From the NCBI RefSeq assembly GCF_000025685.1, contig NC_013967.1:90001-122000 (forward strand): a stretch of 32,000 bases of DNA, given 5' to 3'. Under the pieces are notes generated by a model. The model ran no database searches, was not told the DNA's origin, and was given only the letters and a program-made list of their open reading frames with translations. A program made the translations under genes and the position numbers. This document shows positions 15,867 through 24,830 of this stretch, piece after piece. Origin of the DNA: Haloferax volcanii DS2 (GTDB lineage Archaea; Halobacteriota; Halobacteria; Halobacteriales; Haloferacaceae). The first letter of the stretch is position 1. Each line of letters opens with the position of its first letter.

Positions 15867-17147
15867 TCAGGCGAACAGTTCGCGAGCGGCGTCGATAGCG
15901 TCGACCAGTTTGTCGACTTCCTCTCTCGCGTTGTAGATGTAGAACGACGCCCGCGTCGAGGCGGCGACGCCGAGTTTGTCGTGGAGCGGCTGGGTACAGT
16001 GGTCGCCGGCGCGGATGGCGACGCCCTGTTCGTTGAGGATGCTGGAGAGGTCGTGGGCGTGGACGCTGTCGAGGTTGAACGAGACGAGGCCGCCGCGGTC
16101 GTCGCCCGGCGGGCCGTAAATCTCGATGTCGTCGAACTCGGTGAGGCGGTCGTAGGCGTACTCCGCGAGCAGTTCCTCGTGGGCTTGGACGTTCTCCATG
16201 CCGATGTCGTCGAGGTAGTCCACGGCCGCGGCGAAGCCGACGCCCTGCGCGATGGGCGGCGTGCCCGCCTCGAACTTCCACGGGAGGTCCTCCCACGTGG
16301 AGTCCTCGTAGGTGACGCTCCGAATCATCTCGCCGCCGTAGAGGTACGGCCCCATCTCGTCGAGGATGTCGCGCTTGCCGTAGAGCGCGCCGATGCCGGT
16401 CGGGCCGCACATCTTGTGGCCCGAGAAGGCGAAGAAGTCGGCGTCGATGTCCTCCACGTCGACCGGGCGGGTCGGGACCGACTGCGCACCGTCGACGAAG
16501 ATGTACGAACCGACCTCGTGAGCCATGTCCGCGAGTTCGGAAACCGGGTTGACGGTTCCGAGGGTGTTCGAGACGTGGACGACCGAGACCATCTTCGTGG
16601 AGTCGTCGATGAGTTCCTTCGCGTGCTCCATGTCGAGGCGGCCGTCGTCGTCGACGCGGATGTAGCGCACCTCGGCACCGGTCTTCTTGGCTATCTGCTG
16701 CCACGTGACCAGCGAGGCGTGGTGTTCCATCTCGGTCATGACGACCGAGTCGCCCGGCCCGAGTTCGTCGAGGCCCCACGCGTAGGCGACGAGGTTCATC
16801 GACTCGGTGGTGTTCTTCGTGAAGACGACCTCCTCGCGGCCGCCGGACGCGCCGATGAACTCCGCGACGCGGTCGTGGGCGTCCTCGTAGGCGACCGAGG
16901 CCTCCTGGCTCAGATGGTGGATGCCGCGGTGGACGTTCGAGTTGTAGCCGTGGTAGTAGTCGACGATGGCGTCGACGACCTGTTCCGGCGTGTGGCTCGT
17001 CGCGGCGTTGTCGAGGTAGACCAGCGGCGTGGTGTCGTCGTCGTGTTCACCCGGCGTCGAGATGTCGCCGCCGACCTTCCGCTCGAGGATGGGGAAATCC
17101 GCGCGGATAGCGTCGACGTCGACGGGGTACGACTCCTGCACTCTCAT
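15867..17147 (-). CDS. sufS: cysteine desulfurase, SufS/CsdA group II
   Basis: Track ORF 15867..17255. The ATG at 17147 gives MRVQESYPVDVDAIRADFPIL. The PLP-lysine motif is FSGHKMCGPTGIG and the catalytic Cys motif is RAGDHCTQPL. Confidence 0.95.
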   Translation of the reverse strand: MRVQESYPVDVDAIRADFPILERKVGGDISTPGEHDDDTTPLVYLDNAATSHTPEQVVDAIVDYYHGYNSNVHRGIHHLSQEASVAYEDAHDRVAEFIGASGGREEVVFTKNTTESMNLVAYAWGLDELGPGDSVVMTEMEHHASLVTWQQIAKKTGAEVRYIRVDDDGRLDMEHAKELIDDSTKMVSVVHVSNTLGTVNPVSELADMAHEVGSYIFVDGAQSVPTRPVDVEDIDADFFAFSGHKMCGPTGIGALYGKRDILDEMGPYLYGGEMIRSVTYEDSTWEDLPWKFEAGTPPIAQGVGFAAAVDYLDDIGMENVQAHEELLAEYAYDRLTEFDDIEIYGPPGDDRGGLVSFNLDSVHAHDLSSILNEQGVAIRAGDHCTQPLHDKLGVAASTRASFYIYNAREEVDKLVDAIDAARELFA

Positions 17148-17326
17148 TGGGTGTGAGTTACCGCCGTAGGCACAACACGTCTTCGGTCCGCACGCGGCTC
17201 TGCAACCGATTTCGGTTTCGTCAGCCGGCAACTGTGGCCGGTGGCGGTGACGCAATCGCGATGCGGTGGCGACGTGTCGCTCACTCGCCCAAACGAATCA
17301 AGTAGCTCACGCCCGTTCATCCACCA

Positions 17327-18373
17327 ATGTCGAACGCCACCTCGTCCTCGCTCGCGTTTTCGAGCCTCGACGCGCTTCCGACGCAACTCGCGATTCTGGA
17401 CGAGGACGGCGTCATCCTCTACACCAACCGCGCGTGGCGGGAGTTCGGAACCGAACACGACTATCAGGGCGACAGCAGTTCGGTCGGCACGAACTACCTC
17501 GGGGTCTGCGACCTCAGCGCCGACGCCGACGCGACGACGGCCAGCGAGGGCATCCGCGCCGTCATCGACGACGACAGAGACGAGTTTTCCTTCGAATACC
17601 CCTGCGAGACGCCCGAAGAGCGCCTCTGGTTCACCATGCGGGCGACTCGATTCACCGACGACGGCGAGACGTACGTTCAAATCGCACACCTCGACATCAC
17701 CGACCGAAAGCGCGCGGAACTGGAGGCCGAAGAGAAGGCCGAGCGCCTCCGGAATCTCGCGCGGATGCTCTCGCACGACCTCAGAAACCCGCTTTCGGTC
17801 GCCGTCGGCTACGTCGAATCGCTCCTCGACGAGACGGCCGCCTCCGACCGACTCGAACGCGTCGCGGGCGCGCTCGACCGGATGGACGACATCATCACCG
17901 ACGCGCTGGTGTTGGCCCGTCACGACACGGTCGAAGGGCTGTCGACTGTCGACCTCGAAACCCGCGCGGCGGCCGCGTGGGAACACGTCGAAACCGGCAC
18001 GGCCACGCTCGTCGTCGCCGACTCCGTCGAGTTCCGGGCGGACTCGAACCTGCTGGGACACGTGTTCGAGAACCTGTTTCGGAACTCGGCCGAGCACGGC
18101 GCGAGCGACGACGACCTGACCGTGACGGTCGGCGTCCTCGATGGCGACGCGGCCGAAGCGGGCTTCTACGTCGAGGACGACGGCGTCGGCATCCCCACGG
18201 AGACGCGCGACGTGGTGTTCGAAGCCGGTTACTCCACGGGTGAGGAGGGGACGGGTCTCGGCCTGTCAATCGTCGCGCAGGCGGTCCGCACCCACGACTG
18301 GGACGTCGCCGTCACCGAGGCCGAGGGCGGCGGCGCTCGCTTCGAGATAACGGGCGTCGAGCGCCCGGCGTAA
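17327..18373 (+). CDS. PAS-domain sensor histidine kinase (soluble, no adjacent response regulator)
   Basis: 348 aa with an N-terminal PAS-like domain (LAILDEDGVILYTNRAW). H-box SHDLRNPL, N-box NLFRNSAEHG, G1 VEDDGVGIP, G2 GTGLGLSIV. Confidence 0.9.
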   Translation: MSNATSSSLAFSSLDALPTQLAILDEDGVILYTNRAWREFGTEHDYQGDSSSVGTNYLGVCDLSADADATTASEGIRAVIDDDRDEFSFEYPCETPEERLWFTMRATRFTDDGETYVQIAHLDITDRKRAELEAEEKAERLRNLARMLSHDLRNPLSVAVGYVESLLDETAASDRLERVAGALDRMDDIITDALVLARHDTVEGLSTVDLETRAAAAWEHVETGTATLVVADSVEFRADSNLLGHVFENLFRNSAEHGASDDDLTVTVGVLDGDAAEAGFYVEDDGVGIPTETRDVVFEAGYSTGEEGTGLGLSIVAQAVRTHDWDVAVTEAEGGGARFEITGVERPA

Positions 18374-18418
18374 CGTACCGGCGCGGAAGCGCGGAGCACA
18401 CCGATTTTCGACGGCGGC

Positions 18419-18721
18419 TCAGCGGAGCCAGAGCAGTTGCGCGTGGAGCGTGCCGTCGACTTCGAGGACGGTTTCCTCGTCCACGAGGCCGGCGTCGATG
18501 GCGACCGAGACGGACTCCTCGCCGACGATGTTGGCGACGGTCGCGCGGGTGAGGCTGTCCACGACGGCGTCTTCGTCGGCGGTCTCGGCCTCGCCGCCGC
18601 CGTAGAAGTCCTCCGTCACGTCCAGCGAGACGCCGTCGTCGGTGTAGGTCTCGCCGATGCAGTCGGGGTCGCAGACCGAGACGAGGAGTCCCTCGGGGGT
18701 CTCCCGCTCGCGGAGGAGCAT
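18419..18721 (-). CDS. DUF424 domain protein
   Basis: 100 aa: MLLRERETPEGLLVSVCDPDCIGETY... This matches my memory of DUF424/COG2412. Its ATG abuts the stop codon of the upstream TPR gene (18722). Confidence 0.8.
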   Translation of the reverse strand: MLLRERETPEGLLVSVCDPDCIGETYTDDGVSLDVTEDFYGGGEAETADEDAVVDSLTRATVANIVGEESVSVAIDAGLVDEETVLEVDGTLHAQLLWLR

Positions 18722-19462
18722 CTAATACTCCTCGACGAGTTCCGCTTCGGCCTGCTCGCGGAGGTCGTCGGCCTGCTGCTGGGCCTGTTCTGCTTCCTCG
18801 TCGCGCCCGAGTTCTTCGAGCGCGCGCGCCTTCTCCTCGTGGACGCCCGGAGTGCGCATCCCGAGGCGGATGGCGTTGTCGAAGGCGTTGACGGCGTCCT
18901 CGTTGAGGCCGCGCTCGTGGAGGAAGAAGCCGCGGTTGTACCACGCCTGCGGGAAGCGCGGGTCGAGTTCGACGGCGCGCTCCGCGTGGTCGAGCGCGTC
19001 GGCCGTCTGGCCGGCCTCCCAGAGCGCGTACGCGAGGTTGGTGTGGGCCGTCGCGGCGTGCTCGCTGTCGTCGTCGAGTTTGAGCGCCTCTCGGTAGGAG
19101 CCGATGGCCTCGTCCCACTCTTCGAGTTGGCCGTGCGCCGCGCCCTTGTTGACCCACGCCTCCTGGGCGATGTTGTCGTCGTCGCCGGCGTACCGAGCGA
19201 CGCGTTCGAACGCCCCCGTGGCCTCCTCGAAGCGGTTTATCTGCATGTACGAGAGCGCCACGTCGAGCAGTTTCTCGACGTCGACGTCCTCGGGGTCGAT
19301 GTTCCGCTGGTCGAGGATGTCGGTCAGGACGCGCGAGTCGACCGGGTCGACCTTCGTCGGGTCCACCGAGAGTTCGGGCGGGTCGAGCGAGAAGTCGGAG
19401 TAGTCCTCGTCGAACCCCTGTCCCTCGGAGAAGCGGTGGGGTCGATTGCCGTCGTCGGTCAT
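18722..19462 (-). CDS. tetratricopeptide (TPR) repeat protein
   Basis: Track ORF 18722..19483 starts at GTG; the ATG is at 19462. Repeated W/A-x-N-x-G-x-A-Y..G..EEA units are present (e.g. AWVNKGAAHGQLEEWDEAIGSYREALKLD, AWYNRGFFLHERGLNEDAVNAFDNAIRL). A GTTAAAC box lies about 29 nt upstream. Confidence 0.85.
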   Translation of the reverse strand: MTDDGNRPHRFSEGQGFDEDYSDFSLDPPELSVDPTKVDPVDSRVLTDILDQRNIDPEDVDVEKLLDVALSYMQINRFEEATGAFERVARYAGDDDNIAQEAWVNKGAAHGQLEEWDEAIGSYREALKLDDDSEHAATAHTNLAYALWEAGQTADALDHAERAVELDPRFPQAWYNRGFFLHERGLNEDAVNAFDNAIRLGMRTPGVHEEKARALEELGRDEEAEQAQQQADDLREQAEAELVEEY

Positions 19463-19553
19463 ATAGCCGCGCTTGGGCGTCACGGCGGTTAAACGCTGCG
19501 TCAGCGGGACGACACCGACCGCTTTTTAGCCTCCCGCGGGCGAGCGTCTCCGA

Positions 19554-20171
19554 ATGTCCGCGCCCCCGACGACGGTCGTGTCGTTCGTCCGGCACGCCCA
19601 CGTCCCGTCCGTCTCCGACGCCGAGCGCACCCCCGGCCTCTCGCGTCACGGCCGCCGCGACGCCGCGCGCGTCACCGCCCGCCTCGCGGACCTCGCGGAC
19701 GTGGTCGCCACCAGCCCCGCCGAGCGCGCCCGCGCGACCGTCGAGGGCGTCGCCGACGCGGCGGACGCCCCGCTCATCGTCGACGACGATCTCAGAGAAC
19801 GCGAACTCGCTGACTCACCCATCGAAGACTTCGACGAGGCCGTCGAACATCTCTGGGCGAACCCGAACGCGTCGCACCCCGGCGGCGAGTCCCACGCCGA
19901 GGCGCAGGCCCGCGGCGTCGCCGCCGTGGACCGCCTCGTCGAGGCGTACCCCGACCGCCACGTCGTCGTCGGCACCCACGCCACGCTCATGGCGCTCGTG
20001 TTCAACGCCTACGACCCCCGCTACGGCCGCGAGTTCTGGACGGGGCTGACGACGCCCGACGTGTACGAGGTGACGTTCGTGGACAGCGAGGCGTTCAGCA
20101 TCGCCCGGACGTGGACGCCCGAGGAGGCCGCCCGCGAGGGTGACGCCGACCGCGACCCGGCGGAACGTTAA
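19554..20171 (+). CDS. histidine phosphatase (phosphoglycerate mutase-like) family protein
   Basis: 205 aa. N-terminal VSFVRHAHV (RHG-type catalytic His motif) and a distal GTHATLM His motif. A CTTTTTAG box is centred 28 nt upstream of the ATG. Confidence 0.8.
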   Translation: MSAPPTTVVSFVRHAHVPSVSDAERTPGLSRHGRRDAARVTARLADLADVVATSPAERARATVEGVADAADAPLIVDDDLRERELADSPIEDFDEAVEHLWANPNASHPGGESHAEAQARGVAAVDRLVEAYPDRHVVVGTHATLMALVFNAYDPRYGREFWTGLTTPDVYEVTFVDSEAFSIARTWTPEEAAREGDADRDPAER

Positions 20172-20197
20172 CGTCCGGTTCGGGTCAACCACCTGCC

Positions 20198-20752
20198 ATG
20201 CGTTGCTTTCTCGCCGTCGACCTCCCCGACTCGCTCGCGGCGGGCGTCGCCGCGGTACAAGACCGGCTCTCGGACGCGGACGGGCTTCGGTTCACCGACC
20301 CCGAGAGTGCGCACGTCACCCTGAAGTTCCTCGGCGAGGTGTCGCCGGACCGCGTCGGAGCGGTGGAGGATGCGGTCGAATCAGCCGTCGAAGCCGCGGG
20401 CGTCGGCCCCTTCGACGCCTCGGTCGGCGGACTCGGCGTCTTCCCCTCGCTGGACTACATTCGAGTCGTTTGGGTCGGCGTCGACGACGGCGCGGCCGAG
20501 TTGACGCGGCTCCACGAGGCCATCGAGCGCGAGACGACGGCACTCGGCTTCGACCCCGAAGACCACGAGTTCACGCCGCACGTCACGCTCGCCCGCATGG
20601 ACGACGCCCGCGGGAAGGTCCTCGTGCGGCGCGTCGTCGGGGGCGAGTCACCGACGGTCGGGTCGTTTCGCGTGCGCGAGGTACGCCTGAAGAAGAGCGA
20701 CCTCGGCCCCGACGGCCCCGAGTACGAGACGGTGGCGCGGGTCTCGCTGTGA
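20198..20752 (+). CDS. thpR: RNA 2',3'-cyclic phosphodiesterase (2H phosphoesterase, ThpR/LigT)
   Basis: 184 aa with two H-x-T-x motifs, HVTLKF and HVTLAR. Begins MRCFLAVDLP. Confidence 0.9.
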   Translation: MRCFLAVDLPDSLAAGVAAVQDRLSDADGLRFTDPESAHVTLKFLGEVSPDRVGAVEDAVESAVEAAGVGPFDASVGGLGVFPSLDYIRVVWVGVDDGAAELTRLHEAIERETTALGFDPEDHEFTPHVTLARMDDARGKVLVRRVVGGESPTVGSFRVREVRLKKSDLGPDGPEYETVARVSL

Positions 20753-20868
20753 GGCGCGTCAGTCGTCGGTCGGTCGGCCGCCCGCGACGCCGACCCCCGC
20801 GGAGAGCCGCGTTTCAGCCGATTCGGGCGTGCGGACGCCCCTCACACGCCCGAAACTCGAAGGAACAA

Positions 20869-20877
20869 GATTTTATG
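20869..20877 (+). promoter_or_regulatory. TATA-like box of the rpl39e-operon promoter
   Basis: GATTTTATG is centred 30 nt upstream of the rpl39e ATG (20903). It is the only AT-rich element in the 150-nt spacer. Confidence 0.5.
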
Positions 20878-20902
20878 CGGAGGATGGAAAGTACAGCCCA
20901 CT

Positions 20903-21055
20903 ATGGGTAAGAAGTCGAAGTCCAAGAAGAAGCGTCTGGCGAAGCTCGAACGCCAGAACAGTCGCGTCCCCGCGTGGGTCATGCTCAAGACGGACATGGA
21001 AGTCACGCGAAACCCCAAGCGTCGCAACTGGCGGCGGAGCAACACGGACGAGTAA
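20903..21055 (+). CDS. rpl39e: 50S ribosomal protein L39e
   Basis: Below the ORF-track cut-off. Manual translation gives [50 protein letters not shown]. This is close to the haloarchaeal L39e I recall (..[22 protein letters not shown]..). Confidence 0.93.
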   Translation: MGKKSKSKKKRLAKLERQNSRVPAWVMLKTDMEVTRNPKRRNWRRSNTDE

Positions 21056-21058
21056 GCA

Positions 21059-21337
21059 ATGAGCGCAAACGACTTCGAGGAGCGCGTCGTCACCGTCCCG
21101 CTCCGAGACGTGCAGGCGGTTCCGGCACACGAACGCGCGGGCCGCTCGATGACGCTCATCCGCGAGCACCTCGCGAAGCACTTCAAGGTCGACGCCGAGA
21201 ACGTGCGTCTCGACACGCAGATCAACGAGGACATCTGGGCGCACGGTCGGCAGAGCCCGCCGAGCAAGTTCCGCGTCCGCGCCGCGCGTTTCGACGAGGA
21301 CGGCGAGTCGGTCGTCGAAGCGGAACCGGCCGAGTAA
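21059..21337 (+). CDS. rpl31e: 50S ribosomal protein L31e
   Basis: 92 aa: MSANDFEERVVTVPLRDV...IREHLAKHF...PSKFRVRAARFDEDGE. Starts 3 nt after the rpl39e stop. Confidence 0.95.
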   Translation: MSANDFEERVVTVPLRDVQAVPAHERAGRSMTLIREHLAKHFKVDAENVRLDTQINEDIWAHGRQSPPSKFRVRAARFDEDGESVVEAEPAE

Positions 21338-21340
21338 ACG

Positions 21341-22006
21341 GTGCTTCGCGCCTCCTTCGCCGGTTCGTCCTACATCGGCGTCTTCGCTCGCGCGACCGAC
21401 GACGCGCTGTTGGTCCGCCCGGACGCCGACGACTCGCTCGCCGAGCAGATGGCCGAGGAACTCGACGTGCCGCTGGTCAAGACGACCGTCGGCGGGTCGG
21501 GAACGGTCGGTGCGTTAGCGACGGGTAACGAGAACGGTCTTCTCGTGTCGAGCCGCGCCACGTCCCGCGAGAAGGAGGCTCTCACCGACGCCGTGGACCT
21601 CCCGGTCTACGAGCTTCCCGGTCGCATCAACGCCGCCGGCAACGTCGTGCTTGCGAACGACTACGGCGCGTACGTCCACGCGGAGCTCTCCGACGAGGCC
21701 GTCGCGGCCGTCGAGGAGGCGCTGGAGGTCCCCGTCGAACGCGGCGACCTCGCCGACGTTCGAACCGTCGGGACGGCGGCCGTCGCCAACAACCGCGGCG
21801 TCCTCTGTCACCCGAAGTCGCGCGAACCCGAACTCGAAGCGCTCGAAGCGCTGCTCGACGTTCGCGCCGACATCGGCACCATCAACTACGGCGGACCGCT
21901 CGTCGGCTCCGGCCTCGTCGCCAACGACGAGAGCTACGTCGTCGGCGAGGACACGACCGGCCCGGAGCTGGGTCGCATCGAAGACGCCCTCGATTACATC
22001 GACTGA
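21341..22006 (+). CDS. eif6: translation initiation factor 6 (aIF6/eIF6)
   Basis: 221 aa with a GTG start 3 nt after the rpl31e stop. Sequence [21 protein letters not shown]... shows the pentein repeat pattern (GxxxxVGxLxxGNxxGxLV). Confidence 0.93.
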   Translation: MLRASFAGSSYIGVFARATDDALLVRPDADDSLAEQMAEELDVPLVKTTVGGSGTVGALATGNENGLLVSSRATSREKEALTDAVDLPVYELPGRINAAGNVVLANDYGAYVHAELSDEAVAAVEEALEVPVERGDLADVRTVGTAAVANNRGVLCHPKSREPELEALEALLDVRADIGTINYGGPLVGSGLVANDESYVVGEDTTGPELGRIEDALDYID

Positions 22007-22087
22007 GGGCCTCGCGTCCCCCCGTTTCTCGCTTCAGTTTCGCTCCGAGTAGGAAGACCTTTCCCGCTCGCCACCCGACCGACGTGC

Positions 22088-22264
22088 ATGAGCCAGTTCA
22101 TTATCACGGGCAGCTTCACGAGCCGTGGCGTCGTCCACGAGTTCACGAAGACTGTCGAAGCGCCGAACGAGAACGTCGCACAGGAACGCGCCTTTTCGCT
22201 CATCGGGAGCGAGCACGGAATCAAGCGCACGAAGGTCGAGCTCAACGAGGTGACCGCGGCATGA
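22088..22264 (+). CDS. rplX: 50S ribosomal protein LX (eL20 family)
   Basis: Below the ORF-track cut-off. Manual translation gives [58 protein letters not shown]. The position between eif6 and pfdA matches the conserved archaeal operon. Confidence 0.85.
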   Translation: MSQFIITGSFTSRGVVHEFTKTVEAPNENVAQERAFSLIGSEHGIKRTKVELNEVTAA

Positions 22265-22734
22265 TGGGCGGCGGTCAGCAGCAACTCCAGCAGCTCTCCC
22301 AGGAGCTTCAGGCGCTCGACGAGGAAATCGAATCGCTCGAAGCCGAAGTCTCCGACCTGAACGACGAGAAAGACGAGATCGACGAGGCGGTCGAGGCCAT
22401 CGAGACGCTCGAAACGGGCTCGACGGTGCAGGTGCCCCTCGGCGGCGACGCGTATCTCCGCGCCGAAGTCCAGGACATCGACGAGGTCGTCGTCTCCCTC
22501 GGCGCGAACTACGCCGCCGAGCAGGAACAGAGCACGGCCATCGAGACCCTGCGACGCAAGCAGGACGCGCTCGACGAGGAAATCGCGAGCGTTCGCGGCC
22601 AGATCGAGGAGCTCGAAGAGGAGAGCGACGAGATCGAAGAGCAGGCGATGCAGGCCCAACAGCAGATGCAGCAACAGCAGATGCAGCAGATGCAGCAGAT
22701 GCAGGGCGAGGGCGACGACGGCGACGACGAGTAA
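22261..22734 (+). CDS. pfdA: prefoldin alpha subunit
   Basis: Inner part of track ORF 22084..22734. The ATG at 22261 overlaps the rplX stop (ATGA). Coiled-coil [30 protein letters not shown], central beta hairpins ([15 protein letters not shown]), a second coiled coil, and a Q/M-rich tail. Confidence 0.92.
   Translation: MMGGGQQQLQQLSQELQALDEEIESLEAEVSDLNDEKDEIDEAVEAIETLETGSTVQVPLGGDAYLRAEVQDIDEVVVSLGANYAAEQEQSTAIETLRRKQDALDEEIASVRGQIEELEEESDEIEEQAMQAQQQMQQQQMQQMQQMQGEGDDGDDE
22660..22704 (+). repeat. in-frame 9-nt tandem repeat CAGCAGATG (encodes QQM) in the pfdA 3' end
   Basis: CAGCAGATG at 22660-22668, then three perfect consecutive copies at 22675-22701, then CAG. Confidence 0.9.
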
Positions 22735-22766
22735 GGTAACCCCTACCCCCACCTCCTACTATTCAG

Positions 22767-24137
22767 ATGTTCGACGGACTGAAGAAGAAACTCAACCGCT
22801 TCCGTAACGACGTTGAAGAGACCGCCGAAGAGAAGGCCGAGGCGGCCGCCGACGAGGCCGAATCCGACGCCGACGCGGAAGCGGAATCAGCACCAGCAGA
22901 CACGGACAACGCGGCGGTCGAACCCGAGGCGTCCGAACCCGCTGCTGCCGACCCGGACGCCGACGCCGTCGGCGACGCGGACGCCGGGTCCGAAGCCGAC
23001 GCGGTCGACGCGGCCGACGCTCCCGCGGACGCCGAGTCGTCGTCTGCGGCGGTCGAAGCCGATGCCGAATCCGAATCCGAATCCGCGGCGACCCCGGAGC
23101 CGGATTCCGAGGTCGACGCCGGCGCGGACACGGGCGACGAGCCGAGCGGCGAGCCGACGGCCGACGAGGTCGAACCGCGCGAGTCGCTCGCCTCCGACGC
23201 CGCGAAGGCGGCGCTGACCGAGGAAGACGAAGACGATTCGTCCGGTCCGGGGCGGCTCCGCCGCGCCGCCGCGTTCGCCACGGGGAAGGTCGTCATCGAG
23301 GAGGAAGACCTCGAAGACCCCCTCTGGGAGCTCGAGATGGCGCTCCTCCAGAGCGACGTCGAGATGCAGGTCGCAGAGGAGATTCTCGAGACCATCCGCG
23401 AGAAGCTCATCGGAGAGACGCGAAAGCAGGTCGAGAGCACCGGCCAACTCGTCTCCGAGGCGCTCCACGACGCGCTGTACGAGGTCATCAGCGTCGGGCA
23501 GTTCGACTTCGATCAGCGCATCGCCGAGGCCGACAAGCCGGTCACGCTCATCTTCACCGGCATCAACGGCGTCGGGAAGACGACGACCATCGCCAAACTC
23601 GCGAAGTACTTCGAGAAGCAGGGCTATTCGACGGTGCTCGCCAACGGCGACACCTACCGCGCCGGCGCGAACGAGCAGATTCGCGAGCACGCTGAGGCGC
23701 TCGACAAGAAGCTCATCGCCCACGAGCAGGGCGGCGACCCGGCGGCGGTCATCTACGACGGCGTCGAGTACGCCGAGGCCCACGACATCGACATCGTCCT
23801 CGGCGACACGGCCGGTCGGCTCCACACCTCGAACGACCTGATGGCGCAGTTGGAGAAGATAGACCGCGTCGTCGGCCCCGACCTCACCCTCTTCGTGGAC
23901 GAGGCGGTCGCCGGGCAGGACGCGGTCGAACGCGCCCGGCAGTTCAACGACGCGGCCGCCATCGACGGCGCGATTCTGACGAAGGCCGACGCCGACTCCA
24001 ACGGCGGCGCGGCCATCTCCATCGCGTACGTGACGGGCAAGCCCATCCTGTTCCTCGGCGTGGGACAGGGCTACGACCACATCGAGAAGTTCGACCCCGA
24101 GCAGATGGTCGAACGCCTGCTCGGTGAAGACGAGTAA
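22767..24137 (+). CDS. ftsY: signal recognition particle receptor FtsY
   Basis: 456 aa. Long acidic Ala/Glu/Asp-rich N-terminal region, then the NG domain: GINGVGKTTT (G1), DTAGR (G3), TKAD (G4). Confidence 0.95.
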   Translation: MFDGLKKKLNRFRNDVEETAEEKAEAAADEAESDADAEAESAPADTDNAAVEPEASEPAAADPDADAVGDADAGSEADAVDAADAPADAESSSAAVEADAESESESAATPEPDSEVDAGADTGDEPSGEPTADEVEPRESLASDAAKAALTEEDEDDSSGPGRLRRAAAFATGKVVIEEEDLEDPLWELEMALLQSDVEMQVAEEILETIREKLIGETRKQVESTGQLVSEALHDALYEVISVGQFDFDQRIAEADKPVTLIFTGINGVGKTTTIAKLAKYFEKQGYSTVLANGDTYRAGANEQIREHAEALDKKLIAHEQGGDPAAVIYDGVEYAEAHDIDIVLGDTAGRLHTSNDLMAQLEKIDRVVGPDLTLFVDEAVAGQDAVERARQFNDAAAIDGAILTKADADSNGGAAISIAYVTGKPILFLGVGQGYDHIEKFDPEQMVERLLGEDE

Positions 24138-24179
24138 TCGGACTCGGTCCGTCGTCCGTTTCTTTCGGTCGCCTCACGC

Positions 24180-24797
24180 TCACTCCAGTGCGAGCACGAC
24201 TCCGAGCAGTAGCATCGTCCCCGCGCCGACGTAGTTCAGCGCGCTCGCGACCCGCGTCTCCGCGAGTCTCGACCCGAGTCGGTTCGCGCCGAGCGCGACG
24301 ACCGAGAGGTACAGGGCCGTGAGGGCGGCGTAGGTCGCGCCCAGACCCGCCATCCTGACGCCGGCTCCCGCGCCCTGTCCGGCGAAGCCGGGGAGGAACG
24401 CGAGGAAGAACAGCGCGACTTTCGGGTTGAGCGCGTTGACGAGGACGCCGCGCCGAAAACTCGCCCCGGCGTCGGTCTCGACCGAGGGGTCGAACTCGTC
24501 GTTCCGGAGGGAGGTGACGCCGAGGTAGCCCAGATACGCCGCGCCGACGTACTTGAGCGCCGCGGCGGCCTCGGGGACGGTTCGAAAGAGCGCCGCCGCG
24601 CCGACCGTCGCGAGGAGCGTGTGAAAGAGGACGCCCGTGGCGATGCCGAGCGCCGACCGGACGCCCGGCCCGCGACCGTCGAGGCCGCGGGCGAGGACGT
24701 ACATCGTGTCGGGACCGGGCGCGAGGATGAGCGCGACCGCCGCGCCGCAGAACGCGAGGTAGGTCGCGGCGTCGAGTCCGAACGCGAGCGTCGTCAT
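24180..24797 (-). CDS. LysE/RhtB family amino-acid exporter
   Basis: 205 aa with about 6 TM segments. N-terminal motif ILAPGPDTMYVLARG (PGP motif of the LysE family). Confidence 0.85.
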   Translation of the reverse strand: MTTLAFGLDAATYLAFCGAAVALILAPGPDTMYVLARGLDGRGPGVRSALGIATGVLFHTLLATVGAAALFRTVPEAAAALKYVGAAYLGYLGVTSLRNDEFDPSVETDAGASFRRGVLVNALNPKVALFFLAFLPGFAGQGAGAGVRMAGLGATYAALTALYLSVVALGANRLGSRLAETRVASALNYVGAGTMLLLGVVLALE

Positions 24798-24830
24798 CGC
24801 GCGAGCCTATGATTCGTCGCGGGAAGTAGC

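Noticed and set aside
15696-19649. Long antisense ORFs over sufS (15696..17156 +), the kinase (17144..18097 -) and the TPR/DUF424 genes (18312..19649 -, 18437..19492 +).
   Set aside because: GC-driven open frames. Their composition (R, G, V, D runs) and lack of motifs contrast with the clearly recognisable genes on the opposite strand or frame.
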